This document shows, in pieces, positions 30,013 to 40,036 of a DNA stretch of 64,000 bases. This DNA comes from Geopsychrobacteraceae bacterium (GTDB lineage: Bacteria; Desulfobacterota; Desulfuromonadia; Desulfuromonadales; Geopsychrobacteraceae): the NCBI GenBank assembly GCA_963662315.1, contig OY759353.1:352001-416000 (forward strand). The letters are read 5' to 3'. Positions within the stretch are counted from its first letter, which is position 1, and each line of letters begins with the position of its first letter. A program made the position numbers and the translations under genes. The notes beneath the pieces were generated by a model. The model was not told the origin of the DNA and made no database searches. It worked only from the letters and a program-made list of their open reading frames with translations.

Positions 30013-31731
30013 ATGGGGGATATGACAGACACACGCTTAGAGAAAAAAACATCTATACTGCTGATCGATGACGTGCCTCTGGTCCTTGATCTTCTTGAAG
30101 ATATTCTTGAAGACGAAGACTATCCGATCTTGAGACTTGAAAACGGCTTGTCTGTGCCGCAGGTTCTTGATCAGGAAAACGTTGCTCTGGTTTTTTGTGA
30201 TGTATCCTTGCCTGATATCAGTGGTGTTGAGGTGTTGCGCATGATCAAGCAGCATACACCCGAAATTCAGGTTATCATTATCTCCGGGCAGCAGGATTTT
30301 GATATCGCGCGTCAGGTGTTGCGCGAACGGGCTTTTGACTTCCTGGTTAAGCCATTTTCCGCCGAGGAGGTTCTTGAGGTTACGCGCCAGGGGATTACGG
30401 CCTATTATCAGGCCTTGCATCAGGAGCAGGTCCGTCTTGAGGCGCAACGGCGCATGGCGGATCTGGTTCTGCTCAAGCAGGTCGGTGAAAAAGCCAGTTC
30501 CGGAAACAATCTGCAGGAGTTGTTTGATCAGATTCTTGACTCCATTGTTCACTCTGCTCAGGTTGAGGTCGCTTCGCTGATGCTGGTGCAAGATGATGAT
30601 TGCCTGCATATCGCCTCTGCTTCAGGTTTGCCGGAGAATATCATTGCCACGACCAAAGTGGCCTCCGGCGAGGGGATTTCCGGTCACGTTATGGCTACAG
30701 GAGAGCCGGTTCTGGTTCCTAATATCGATCTGGACAGCCGCTTTACCAGTCATCAGCATGGTGGCAAGTATAAAAACCAGTCGCTCTTGTCAGTGCCAAT
30801 TTCAGTACGGGATGAGCTGGTTGGCGTTATTAACGTCAACAATAAAAAGACTGGAGAGTCCTTTGACCTGGAAGATCAGAATCTGTTGGTTGCGATTGCC
30901 AATCAGGTTGCTCTGGCGATGGAAAACTTCGAACTGATTAATAGCCTCAGACAGCAGGCTCTGGTGCTTGAACGGACCAATGAAGACCTGGTTCGGATGA
31001 ACAGGGCCAGGACCCGGTTGGTATGTAATCTTTCCCATGAACTGAAAACGCCTCTGACATCCATAATGGGCTATGTCGACCTGTCTTTGTCGTTTTTTAA
31101 CAAACTCAGCGAAGAGGAACTGAAAGAGAACCTGGCAGAAGTTCGTGATGAAGGGGTTCGGCTGGAACGGCTGATTACCGGAATGCTGCGGTTGTTTTCT
31201 ATCGAATCTGAACGAGAAGTCTGGCGCTGGAAGTCCTTCGGTGTTCCCTGGCCGATTGCTGATGCCTTTCAGCTCTACCGGACTAAAATGAACGATCGTG
31301 ATCTACACCCTGATATTCAGATTGATGAAGATCTTCCCGAGGTTTATGGTGACCAGGAAAAATTCAGTATGGCTTTTAACTGTCTGATTGATAATGCCAT
31401 TAAGTTCAATCGTGATGGCGGGATTATTAATGTTTCTGCAGAGAGACAGTTTTTTGAAGGCAACGAGTATGTCTGTCTGCATGTCTATAATGATGGCCTG
31501 AAAGTACCCCTTGAAGCACATGAAACCATTTTTAACTCTTATACCCAGCTGGGTGATATTGACACCGAAAAACCCCATGGCGTCGGTATCGGCCTGGCTT
31601 TAGCTAAAGTTGTAGTGGATCGCATGCTTGGACAGATTTATCTGGAAGATGTGCCTGACAAGGAAGGAACCTGTTTCGGGCTGTTGTTGCCCACGGAAGA
31701 GACCTATAACGCATGTAAAGGTGGTTTATGA
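30013..31731 (+). CDS. Cytoplasmic hybrid sensor histidine kinase (REC-GAF-HisKA-HATPase)
   Basis: LLIDD...CDVSLP...KPF receiver; GAF; SHELKTPL H-box; NAIKF; GVGIGL. Track start 29923 overlaps secA, so ATG 30013 or 30022 preferred. Confidence 0.92.
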   Translation: MGDMTDTRLEKKTSILLIDDVPLVLDLLEDILEDEDYPILRLENGLSVPQVLDQENVALVFCDVSLPDISGVEVLRMIKQHTPEIQVIIISGQQDFDIARQVLRERAFDFLVKPFSAEEVLEVTRQGITAYYQALHQEQVRLEAQRRMADLVLLKQVGEKASSGNNLQELFDQILDSIVHSAQVEVASLMLVQDDDCLHIASASGLPENIIATTKVASGEGISGHVMATGEPVLVPNIDLDSRFTSHQHGGKYKNQSLLSVPISVRDELVGVINVNNKKTGESFDLEDQNLLVAIANQVALAMENFELINSLRQQALVLERTNEDLVRMNRARTRLVCNLSHELKTPLTSIMGYVDLSLSFFNKLSEEELKENLAEVRDEGVRLERLITGMLRLFSIESEREVWRWKSFGVPWPIADAFQLYRTKMNDRDLHPDIQIDEDLPEVYGDQEKFSMAFNCLIDNAIKFNRDGGIINVSAERQFFEGNEYVCLHVYNDGLKVPLEAHETIFNSYTQLGDIDTEKPHGVGIGLALAKVVVDRMLGQIYLEDVPDKEGTCFGLLLPTEETYNACKGGL

Positions 31732-32918
31732 ATCATGAAGAAATTCCTGCCGGATTTCGTTTTTCCGGTATTGTCAGTGGCATTAAAAAATCGGGTAAGG
31801 CTGACCTTGCTCTTATTGTTGCCGATGCTCCGGCTCGTTGCGCCGGAGTTTTTACCCGGAATAAGGTTATCGCGGCTCCTCTTATTATCTCAAAACCGAA
31901 AATCGCATCAGGGGTCTGTCAGGCGATTTTGGTCAATAGCGGCAATGCCAACGCCTGCACTGGTGAGCAGGGGCTGATGGCAGCGCAACAAACGGCCGCT
32001 TTGGTTGCATCCCAGCTCGGGATTGATGAGCAGCTGGTTGCGGTGTCTTCTACCGGGGTTATCGGTGTCCAGTTACCATTGGCGCCTTTTGAACAACATA
32101 TGGCCGAGCTGGTCAACGGGTTGCAGTATGATGCTCCGGGAAGCGTGGCCAAGGCGATGATGACAACAGATGCATTCGCTAAAATGGCTTCAGCCCGAGA
32201 GGCGGGTGACCAGGAGTACAGGTTGCTCGGCATTGCCAAGGGTGCCGGAATGATTCATCCGAACATGGCGACCATGCTTGGGTTTGTTATGACGGATGCC
32301 AACATAGCACAGGGACTGTTGCAGAACCTGTTAAGCCAGGCCGTAGACAGAAGTTTTAATGCGATTACGGTTGATGGAGATACGTCTACCAATGACATGG
32401 TTGTGGTTTTGGCTAATGGGGCCGCCGGGAATGATGAAATTGTCGAGGGTACCCCTGAAGCTGAGACTTTCCGTTGCCATCTGCAACGGGTCCTTCTTGA
32501 TCTGGCTAAAATGATTGTCCGTGATGGCGAGGGCGCTTCAAAGCTTGTCAGAATCAGAATTACCGGTGCCATATCCGAACAGGACGCACGTACTGCCGCA
32601 CGCTCGGTAGCGACCTCATCGTTGGTAAAGACGGCATTTTTTGGTGAAGATGCCAACTGGGGAAGAATTATTGCTGCCGTTGGTTACTCTGGGATTGATG
32701 TAGATCCCAACCTGATTGCTATCAACTTCAATGAAGTTGCAGTGACGCGTCATGGATTGTCAACCGGCCAGGAACTAGAAGCTCAGGCTACAGAGGTTTT
32801 GAAGCTGGATGAATTCACTGTAACTGTTGATCTTGGATTAGGCTCCGGCGAATTCAGTTATTACACCTCTGATCTAACCTACGATTATGTGAAAATCAAC
32901 GCCGACTACAGGTCATAA
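31728..32918 (+). CDS. argJ: Ornithine acetyltransferase / N-acetylglutamate synthase
   Basis: NSGNANA, AKGAGMIHPNMATML, DGDTSTND, DGEGA. Confidence 0.97.
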   Translation: MNHEEIPAGFRFSGIVSGIKKSGKADLALIVADAPARCAGVFTRNKVIAAPLIISKPKIASGVCQAILVNSGNANACTGEQGLMAAQQTAALVASQLGIDEQLVAVSSTGVIGVQLPLAPFEQHMAELVNGLQYDAPGSVAKAMMTTDAFAKMASAREAGDQEYRLLGIAKGAGMIHPNMATMLGFVMTDANIAQGLLQNLLSQAVDRSFNAITVDGDTSTNDMVVVLANGAAGNDEIVEGTPEAETFRCHLQRVLLDLAKMIVRDGEGASKLVRIRITGAISEQDARTAARSVATSSLVKTAFFGEDANWGRIIAAVGYSGIDVDPNLIAINFNEVAVTRHGLSTGQELEAQATEVLKLDEFTVTVDLGLGSGEFSYYTSDLTYDYVKINADYRS

Positions 32919-33592
32919 TGTTCAGCCCTGACAGGAGTCCAGCACAGTTTATAGATCATACGCTGTTAAGCCCGACAGTGACTACCGAGCAGATTGTGCA
33001 GTTGTGCGAGGACGCTGTTGAGTACGGGTTTGCCAGCGTATGTGTCCCGCCTCAATTTGTTCCTGAGGCTGTTAACGGCCTGTATGGTTCGGAAATAGCC
33101 GTTTGTACTGTTGTGGGGTTTCCTTGTGGTTACAACAGCACCAGTCAAAAGGTTGCGGAGACCGCTGATCTGGTTGCTGCTGGTGCCAGTGAAATTGATA
33201 TGGTTATGCAGATTGGCCACCTGCTTTCAGGGCGCTGCGATATGGTTAAGGATGACATCGCTCAGGTGGTTGTTGCGGCGAAGGGTGCCAAAGTCAAGGT
33301 CATAATTGAGTGTTGTTATCTGTCAGCGGAACAGAAACGACAGGCGGCCGAGTTGGTTATCGATAGCGGCGCAGCATTTGTCAAGACATCGACAGGATTT
33401 GGCCCTGGCGGTGCTACCATAGCCGATGTGGAACTGTTGAAACTGGTTGTCGGTGACCGGATCAAGATTAAGGCCGCCGGAGGTATTCGATCATTGCAGG
33501 ATTGTGAGACGTTTATCGCTGCCGGGGCTAATCGTATCGGAACGAGTTCCGGAGTAGCTCTTATGAAGGAATGGCATGCCCGGTATGTTTGA
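32918..33592 (+). CDS. deoC: Deoxyribose-phosphate aldolase
   Basis: IDHTLL, KVIIE, FVKTSTGF, KAAGGIR, RIGTS. Confidence 0.96.
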   Translation: MFSPDRSPAQFIDHTLLSPTVTTEQIVQLCEDAVEYGFASVCVPPQFVPEAVNGLYGSEIAVCTVVGFPCGYNSTSQKVAETADLVAAGASEIDMVMQIGHLLSGRCDMVKDDIAQVVVAAKGAKVKVIIECCYLSAEQKRQAAELVIDSGAAFVKTSTGFGPGGATIADVELLKLVVGDRIKIKAAGGIRSLQDCETFIAAGANRIGTSSGVALMKEWHARYV

Positions 33593-34751
33593 TCGGGTGA
33601 TTCTGATTGTCCTCGATGGTGTCGGGGTTGGTGCATTGCCCGATGCTCAGCAGTATCAGGACCAGGACGCGGCAACGCTGCAACATGTTGCCGCTTTTAA
33701 TGGTGGTCTGTCACTGCCTAATTTGCAAGCCTTGGGGTTGGGGAATATTGTTCCCCTTGAAGGGGTCGCTGCTGTTGCTGAGCCGACTGGGTGGTTCGGA
33801 AAAATGGCTGAAGTCAGTAGCGGTAAAGATTCTGTTACTGGACACTGGGAACTTGCCGGGGTTACTCTTAGTGAGCCGTTTGCAACTTTCTGTAACGGTT
33901 TCCCTGCAGAAATAATAGAAAAATTTTCAGCGCTTGCAGGATGCTCTCCTCTTGGTAATATTGCTGCAAGCGGTACAGAAATCCTGCGGGAACTTGGTGA
34001 GGAACATCTACGGACCAGGCGGCCGATCGTTTATACCAGTACTGATTCTGTTTTTCAGATTGCTGCACATGAAGAGATTCTTCCTCCTGAGGATCTCTAT
34101 CGCCTGTGCCGTGAAATGGAAATAATTCTTGACCCGTATCGTATTTGCCGGGTCATAGCAAGACCTTTTCTCGGGCATTCTGCTGATACTTTTTATCGTA
34201 CCAGCGGGCGTCATGATTATCCACGTAAGCCGCCTTGTCCGACCATTCTCGATTCATTGAAGGCCGCTGGCATTGTTACCTGCAGTGTCGGGAAGGTCGC
34301 TGACCTGTTTGCCGGGCAGGGGCTGCTCTATTCGCATTCAACGGTTTCCAATCGTGACGGTATGGATAAGACGCTGGAGGTTCTGGCTTCCGTGTCTTCC
34401 GGATTGATTTTTGTTAATCTTGTCGATTTTGATATGCTTTATGGTCATCGCCTTGATGCGTCAGGATTCGCAGCGGCTTTATCATCGTTTGATAGCTGGT
34501 TGCCACGCTTATTGGCATGTTTAGGGCGTCGTGATCTCGTACTTATAACCGCAGATCATGGCTGTGATCCGACCACCTGTGGTACGGATCATACGCGTGA
34601 ATATGTCCCGCTGCTGGCTTACTGTCCGAAATTCTGTCATGGTGGCAATCTTGGTACACGTGACTCTTTTGCGGATGTGGCAGCGACAATAGCGGCTAAC
34701 TTTGGTGTTGACTCGATCACGGGTAAGAGTTTTCTGGGAGCTTTTGGTTGA
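33576..34751 (+). CDS. deoB: Phosphopentomutase
   Basis: LDGVGVG, GKDSVTGHWE, YGHRLD, TADHGCDPT, DHTREYVP. Confidence 0.96.
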   Translation: MPGMFDRVILIVLDGVGVGALPDAQQYQDQDAATLQHVAAFNGGLSLPNLQALGLGNIVPLEGVAAVAEPTGWFGKMAEVSSGKDSVTGHWELAGVTLSEPFATFCNGFPAEIIEKFSALAGCSPLGNIAASGTEILRELGEEHLRTRRPIVYTSTDSVFQIAAHEEILPPEDLYRLCREMEIILDPYRICRVIARPFLGHSADTFYRTSGRHDYPRKPPCPTILDSLKAAGIVTCSVGKVADLFAGQGLLYSHSTVSNRDGMDKTLEVLASVSSGLIFVNLVDFDMLYGHRLDASGFAAALSSFDSWLPRLLACLGRRDLVLITADHGCDPTTCGTDHTREYVPLLAYCPKFCHGGNLGTRDSFADVAATIAANFGVDSITGKSFLGAFG

Positions 34752-34805
34752 TTTCTTCCAATATTTCCTGAGATAGCTTTTATTTAATTACTAGGGGGTA
34801 TTATC

Positions 34806-35192
34806 ATGATTAACAAAATAATCGCTTTTTCTGTCATTTTATTTATCTGCAGTATGCCTGTTTATGGTGCTCAATTGACTGTATTTGACTCTGCAATGAC
34901 GACCGCGGTGGTTGATCAGATGCCGGTAGACAGGCAAGTTGTTTTTCCTGCAGATTACGGTAAATTGTTTTGCTTCACCCGTATTACCGGTGCTGATAAG
35001 GAAACAGTTGTCACTCATGTCTGGTATTATCAGGGGCAGGAAATGGCAAGAGTACGTTTGCAGGTTCGGTCTTCGGATTGGCGCACCTATTCTTCGAAGC
35101 GCTTTTTGCCGCAATGGTCCGGACAGTGGCGGGTCGCTATACTTGATGAGAATATGAACGAAATTGGCTCGATACCGTTTGAATTAAAATAA
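34806..35192 (+). CDS. Secreted protein, DUF2914-like
   Basis: Signal peptide; FCFTRI, VTHVWY, WRTYSSK, GQWRV. Confidence 0.8.
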   Translation: MINKIIAFSVILFICSMPVYGAQLTVFDSAMTTAVVDQMPVDRQVVFPADYGKLFCFTRITGADKETVVTHVWYYQGQEMARVRLQVRSSDWRTYSSKRFLPQWSGQWRVAILDENMNEIGSIPFELK

Positions 35193-35201
35193 TCTGTATT
35201 A

Positions 35202-35237
35202 AATAGAAAAGGCGACTGTTCAGTCGCCTTTTCTATT
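35202..35237. terminator. Bidirectional intrinsic terminator
   Basis: Perfect IR AATAGAAAAGGCGACTG-TT-CAGTCGCCTTTTCTATT between convergent genes. Confidence 0.88.
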
Positions 35238-35256
35238 ATTCGTAAAATTAAATAAG

Positions 35257-35676
35257 TTACTTTTTACGAGCTGCGCGTGCTTTGGCCAGATTGTCTGCAA
35301 GACCACGATCTACAGCCATTTGACGACGGCTTTCAGAGTAGTTCTTGGCGGCAAGTGACTGACTGCGAGGAATATCAAATTGCTGACGGTATTCATTTGC
35401 AGTCATCTCGTGAGAGGTCTTAAGGTGTCTTGACAGGGTTTTGAAGCCTTTCCCACAGATCATGCAATAGATTTTATCTTTACCAAAAGCTTTTTTCTTG
35501 CTGATCGCTGGGGTTTCTTCTTCCTGCTCCCGGATCTCTATGACTTCACCCTTTTCAAGGTTGGTTAACGCAGCGTGAACTTCGCTTAATTCTGCAAGAA
35601 GTTCGTCTTTGGTCATGGGAGTAGTACTTGCGTGAGCCTTAAGAATTTCGGCTGCCATTTCCATGATTGTTGCCAT
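35257..35676 (-). CDS. MucR/Ros family zinc-finger regulator
   Basis: IYCMICGKGFKTLSRHLKTSH...EYR; ATG 35676 follows AGGAGG (track start 35775 too long). Confidence 0.93.
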   Translation of the reverse strand: MATIMEMAAEILKAHASTTPMTKDELLAELSEVHAALTNLEKGEVIEIREQEEETPAISKKKAFGKDKIYCMICGKGFKTLSRHLKTSHEMTANEYRQQFDIPRSQSLAAKNYSESRRQMAVDRGLADNLAKARAARKK

Positions 35677-35884
35677 AATATTTCCTCCTGTAGGTTGAAT
35701 GGCTTGATTAACTGTACCATGCCCCTCCAGATAAACAAGGGCTATCTTCATAATCAATAAATAATTGTAAATCAAGTATAAACATCAAGTGAGCATAAAA
35801 TTATAGTTATAAGAACATTAATCTATAGTACATTACGACTCTTTTAAATATAGACACTAATTATTTGTCTAATGAGGTTTTAAC

Positions 35885-36925
35885 ATGAGTATTAAATATT
35901 CCCTCGAACAGTTTGAGCAGCAGATACTGTCTCCGGACGCCTGTTTCAGTGTTAATAGTAGGGGGCGGGAACATCCGGGAAAAGTCTGTACGCTGAGAAC
36001 TGTTTTTCAGCATGACCGGGATCGAATTCTGCATTGTAAAGCCTTTCGGAGGCTAAAATACAAAACGCAGGTTTTTTTTCTGCCCCTGGGAGATCATTAC
36101 CGGACCCGTTTGACACATACTCTTGAGGTTTCTCAGGTTGCTCGTACTATCGCAAGGGCCTTGCGCCTTAATGAAGATTTAACGGAAGCTATTGCTCTTG
36201 GTCATGATCTAGGACATACTCCTTTCGGGCATGCCGGGGAACGGGTACTGAACGGTCTGACTCCAGGGGGGTTTCATCATGTCCGCCAGAGCCTTCGGGT
36301 TGTCGAAAAACTGGAGAGGGATGGCAGGGGGCTTAACTTAACCTTTGAGGTACGTGACGGTATTCGCAGGCACTCTAAAGGGCAGGGGGGACTTCTCACC
36401 CCATCCTCAGAGCATTGTGCCACGACACTTGAAGGGCAGGTGGTCAGGCTTGCTGATATTATTGCTTATGTCAGCCATGATCTTGATGACGCTATCCGGG
36501 GACGGGTTATTTCCGAGGCGGATGTCCCCCGTGATATCAGCCAGATTCTTGGCAACCGCCATTCTGTGCGTATTGATCGGATGGTAAGGGACCTGATATC
36601 GGCTTCTGTTATGCATGAGCGTCTGAGGGTTGGGTTAAGTCCGCATATGGATCAAGCCATTCGTGATTTAAGATCCTGGTTGTTTGATCATGTTTATCGT
36701 GCCGAATGTGTCCAATCTGAGTTTGACAAAGCGGCCCATGTTCTTCAGGAACTTTATGTCTTTTTTATTCGTAACGAAGATCGTTTTGTTCTTCGTGGCG
36801 GAAAACGCTTTGGCGATGACCCATTAGAAGTTTCGGTTGTCGATTTTATTGCTGGTATGACGGATCGTTTTGCCTTGTCTCTTTATCGAGAACTGTTTCT
36901 TCCAGAACCGTGGCGTAATATCTGA
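35885..36925 (+). CDS. dgt: Deoxyguanosinetriphosphate triphosphohydrolase (HD family)
   Basis: DRDRILH, RTRLTHTLEV, GHDLGHTPFGHAGE, DFIAGMTD. Confidence 0.93.
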   Translation: MSIKYSLEQFEQQILSPDACFSVNSRGREHPGKVCTLRTVFQHDRDRILHCKAFRRLKYKTQVFFLPLGDHYRTRLTHTLEVSQVARTIARALRLNEDLTEAIALGHDLGHTPFGHAGERVLNGLTPGGFHHVRQSLRVVEKLERDGRGLNLTFEVRDGIRRHSKGQGGLLTPSSEHCATTLEGQVVRLADIIAYVSHDLDDAIRGRVISEADVPRDISQILGNRHSVRIDRMVRDLISASVMHERLRVGLSPHMDQAIRDLRSWLFDHVYRAECVQSEFDKAAHVLQELYVFFIRNEDRFVLRGGKRFGDDPLEVSVVDFIAGMTDRFALSLYRELFLPEPWRNI

Positions 36926-37061
36926 CGTTGTCTCGAATTAATAATGTGAAGTTATTTATTGGAATTTACTGACAATCTCTTGACAGCCTTTGGTCTGTAT
37001 GCTAATTTTTTCGGAAGTTTCTTAAGAAAATCAAATGGTTCTGGTTGCATAGCGAGGGTCT

Positions 37062-37514
37062 ATGGCTCGGATTGAGCAAAGATCGTTAATCTTCCATATT
37101 GGTGAGGTCGGTTTTCTGCTGGGATATCACTATATTGTGGAGGTTCTTGGCTCCGTCGGAGATGCCTTTGATTATAATCGTAGTGACCTGCGTAATAATA
37201 TTGTTGCTGCCATTGAATTTCGAAACACATTGATCCCTGTGTTTGATCCAGGAGGATTGCTAGATATAACAAGTGCTGGGAAAATCAGGGAGAAAACGGT
37301 CATCGTTTTGCGCAGTACGGAGGGGAATTGGGCGCTTGCCGTCGATAAAATTGACGAACTGACTGCGCGTGAAAGATTCCTGCCTTGTGCAATTCCTGCT
37401 CTTTTAAAGCCTTTTGTCGGGGGATTTTATTCTCAAATCAGACTGATCGAAGAAAAGCCATATGTTGTATTTGATCCCGAAAACTTTTATGGTGCGGTTG
37501 TCGGTACACAATGA
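37062..37514 (+). CDS. CheW-like protein
   Basis: IEFRNTLIPVFDP, ALAVDKI; GAGGG RBS. Confidence 0.75.
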   Translation: MARIEQRSLIFHIGEVGFLLGYHYIVEVLGSVGDAFDYNRSDLRNNIVAAIEFRNTLIPVFDPGGLLDITSAGKIREKTVIVLRSTEGNWALAVDKIDELTARERFLPCAIPALLKPFVGGFYSQIRLIEEKPYVVFDPENFYGAVVGTQ

Positions 37515-37981
37515 AGCGTGTGGTGCTCTTCACCCTTGCGGGGAAAAATTTCGCCCTTCATCTTGAGCAGATGGTACATATCGGGCAGGATATGGCATTA
37601 TTTCGGTTGCCTCGGTTGCCGCACGAGATTGCCGGCGTGGTGGTTATGGCTGAAACTCTGATACCTGTACTTCATGCCGGTGTTCTTGTCGGTCACGAAG
37701 AAGGTGGGGCGGAGAGCAGCTACAAATATTCGTATAGTCTGGTGATTGACAGTGAGTATGGCAATATCTGTCTCCCGGCGGACACGGTTTGGCAAATCGT
37801 GGCTGTTGACAAGGGGGGGATGAGCCCTGCCGGTGAAGAAATGGAGCACTGGAACGCTGGAACGTTTGTGTACAGAAACAGCACTTTTCATATTGTTAAT
37901 ATCGATTATCTCGTCTTGGACATGATACAGGGCTTGGGACGCAAGGCGACCGAAGCCGATGCTGTAAGGAGGCATCAATGA
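37511..37981 (+). CDS. CheW-like protein
   Basis: VVLFTLAGKNFAL, RLP...IAGVV...LIPVL; ATGA coupling at both ends. Confidence 0.75.
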   Translation: MKRVVLFTLAGKNFALHLEQMVHIGQDMALFRLPRLPHEIAGVVVMAETLIPVLHAGVLVGHEEGGAESSYKYSYSLVIDSEYGNICLPADTVWQIVAVDKGGMSPAGEEMEHWNAGTFVYRNSTFHIVNIDYLVLDMIQGLGRKATEADAVRRHQ

Positions 37982-39888
37982 CAAAAAAAATACTGCTGGC
38001 TGATGATAGTATAACGATCCGTAAGGTTGTTGGTATCATCTTTGCCACAGAAGACTATCAGCTATCAATGGCAGATAATGGTGACGATGCCTTCAGTATG
38101 GCTCAGTCTGAAGTTCCGGATCTGATTATTGCTGATATCTCTATGCCAGGAAAAGATGGTTTTGAGTTATGCCGTGCAATCAAAAGTGCGCCTCAGTTTG
38201 TTGGCAAGACAGCGGTAATGCTGTTGCCTGGGGCTTTTGATCACTTTGATGAGGTCAAGGCTCAGGATGTTTGTGCCGATGGGTGGTTGACGAAACCTTT
38301 CGAGTCCCAGGCGTTGCTTGATAAAGTTGCCCAGCTTCTCGAGGCTGAACCTCTTGTCATGGCTGGAATGGAAACTTTGGAAGCGTCTGACGCTACAGCT
38401 TTTGTCAAAGACCTTGGCAGCAGCCCTGTTGTTGCCGTTGATGATGATTCTGCAGCAGACCACGCTTCAGACGGGATGGAGGACGCTGAAGATATCTGGG
38501 AATCCGTATCCTTTGATGATGATCTTGGTGAAGACACTCTTGCTTCGGTCGCCGATACAGATTCCTTTGCCGCCGATGTTTTTGCTACGGATCAGGACTC
38601 GGACGAGTTTATCCCCGATTTTTCTGATGATGGTGCCATAGCTGATGAGATTAGTGGAGATGGCTCTCGTGATTTTGCCGACGATGCCGAAACTGAACCG
38701 GATTTTGGTGTCGCTGGAAATGACGATCTGGATACTGCTCACCTCGATTTCTCTGATGATAATGGTGATGTAACTGTTTCTGCTGGAACTGGTTTGCCTT
38801 CCATCGATCCGGAAGACGTCAGCGCAGATAATATTGATTTTTCTGCTTTTGATGACGAGGAAGGCAACATTGATGTCGACTCTTCATCTGAGTTTACACT
38901 GTCGTCTGCGGGGGAAGAATCTTTTAATGATGATGCTCTTAACCTGTCTCGGGAAGAGGGTGCGGATGAGCCGCTTGAGCTGGTGTCAGATGACGGTGAT
39001 GAGCCTCTCGAATTGCTGCAGGGTGACGTAACCGAGGAAGAAGAACCCCTCGATTTGCTGCAGGATGACGTAACTGAGGAAGAGGAACCCCTCGATTTGT
39101 TGCAGGATGAGCCAGAGGGGCTCCTGCAGGATGAAGATGTTGATGAATTTGCACCAGTAACGGCAACTGCGGAGTTTTTCGGCACACATGAGCCAGAACC
39201 TCAGCCAGGACATGACCAGACCTCTACTGAAGTGTTTATTTCCGAGGAAGAAGAGGTGCTTGATCTTAGTGAGGCCGATATTGTAGAAGACATTCCTGAG
39301 ACAATCACATCTGAAGTTGAAGATGCCTTTTCTGATGCGGGTGAAGACTTTTGGGTTTCCGACCAATCTGAAGCTGTTCAGGAGGCAACTGATCACGCTG
39401 TGCTGCTGCAGACTGCAGATACGGAAACTGATGCTGACGAATTTGCCGTAGAAGACCTGGGTGTTGCCGAATCTGGTGATGCATTTGATGTGTCCAGAGA
39501 CGATCTTACGGATGAACCTTTGAATCTTGACACTGTTGAAGACGACGATTCTGCAGAGGGTGACTCCGAAGATGATTTCGTCATTATTGATTCAGTTGTT
39601 GATGCTGAAACTGAAGAGTTCGCACCAGCTACTGCCGAAGAGGTTCAGACTGATGAGCCTGTTGCTGTAGGCGCTGTAGATCCGGGGCATTCTACCGCTC
39701 AAATCGAAGATCAGTTAAGGTCTCTGAGCTCTGAAGAGTTAAAAGATATCGTTGGCAGGGTCGCAGGACCGCTAATCGAAAATCTTGCCCGGGACATGGT
39801 TGAAAAAATTGTTTGGGAGGTTGTTCCTGATCTCGCAGAGGTTATGATCCGGGAAGAAATTAGAAAAATAACTGGCGAGTTGGAATAA
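37978..39888 (+). CDS. romR: RomR-like response regulator (receiver, long acidic linker, conserved C-terminal helix)
   Basis: ADDSITIRKVVGIIFATED...KPFESQALLDKV and C-terminal VEKIVWEVVPDLAEVMIREEI resemble Myxococcus RomR; located upstream of valS. Confidence 0.8.
   Translation: MTKKILLADDSITIRKVVGIIFATEDYQLSMADNGDDAFSMAQSEVPDLIIADISMPGKDGFELCRAIKSAPQFVGKTAVMLLPGAFDHFDEVKAQDVCADGWLTKPFESQALLDKVAQLLEAEPLVMAGMETLEASDATAFVKDLGSSPVVAVDDDSAADHASDGMEDAEDIWESVSFDDDLGEDTLASVADTDSFAADVFATDQDSDEFIPDFSDDGAIADEISGDGSRDFADDAETEPDFGVAGNDDLDTAHLDFSDDNGDVTVSAGTGLPSIDPEDVSADNIDFSAFDDEEGNIDVDSSSEFTLSSAGEESFNDDALNLSREEGADEPLELVSDDGDEPLELLQGDVTEEEEPLDLLQDDVTEEEEPLDLLQDEPEGLLQDEDVDEFAPVTATAEFFGTHEPEPQPGHDQTSTEVFISEEEEVLDLSEADIVEDIPETITSEVEDAFSDAGEDFWVSDQSEAVQEATDHAVLLQTADTETDADEFAVEDLGVAESGDAFDVSRDDLTDEPLNLDTVEDDDSAEGDSEDDFVIIDSVVDAETEEFAPATAEEVQTDEPVAVGAVDPGHSTAQIEDQLRSLSSEELKDIVGRVAGPLIENLARDMVEKIVWEVVPDLAEVMIREEIRKITGELE
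39001..39111 (+). repeat. 42-bp (14-aa) coding tandem repeat, about 2.6 copies
   Basis: EPLELLQGDVTEEE / EPLDLLQDDVTEEE / EPLDLLQDE. Confidence 0.85.
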
Positions 39889-39919
39889 ATTCGCAATATC
39901 TCATATATTGCTCTTCTGA

Positions 39920-39955
39920 GGGGGAGCAGGGAAGTCTTGACTTCCTTGCTCCCCC
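39920..39955 (+). terminator. Strong hairpin after romR (probable terminator)
   Basis: GGGGGAGCAGGGAAGTC-TT-GACTTCCTTGCTCCCCC followed by AATTTATT. Confidence 0.65.
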
Positions 39956-40036
39956 AATTTATTGTCCCCGCAGAATATTTTCATTTTTCTTATGATCTTC
40001 CAATCTTATCTTTAATATATTGAAGGACGGTTGAGC

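Noticed and set aside
39889..40036. T-box riboswitch before valS
   Set aside because: No T-box consensus (GGTGGNACC) and the gap is too short; the hairpin is better explained as the romR terminator.
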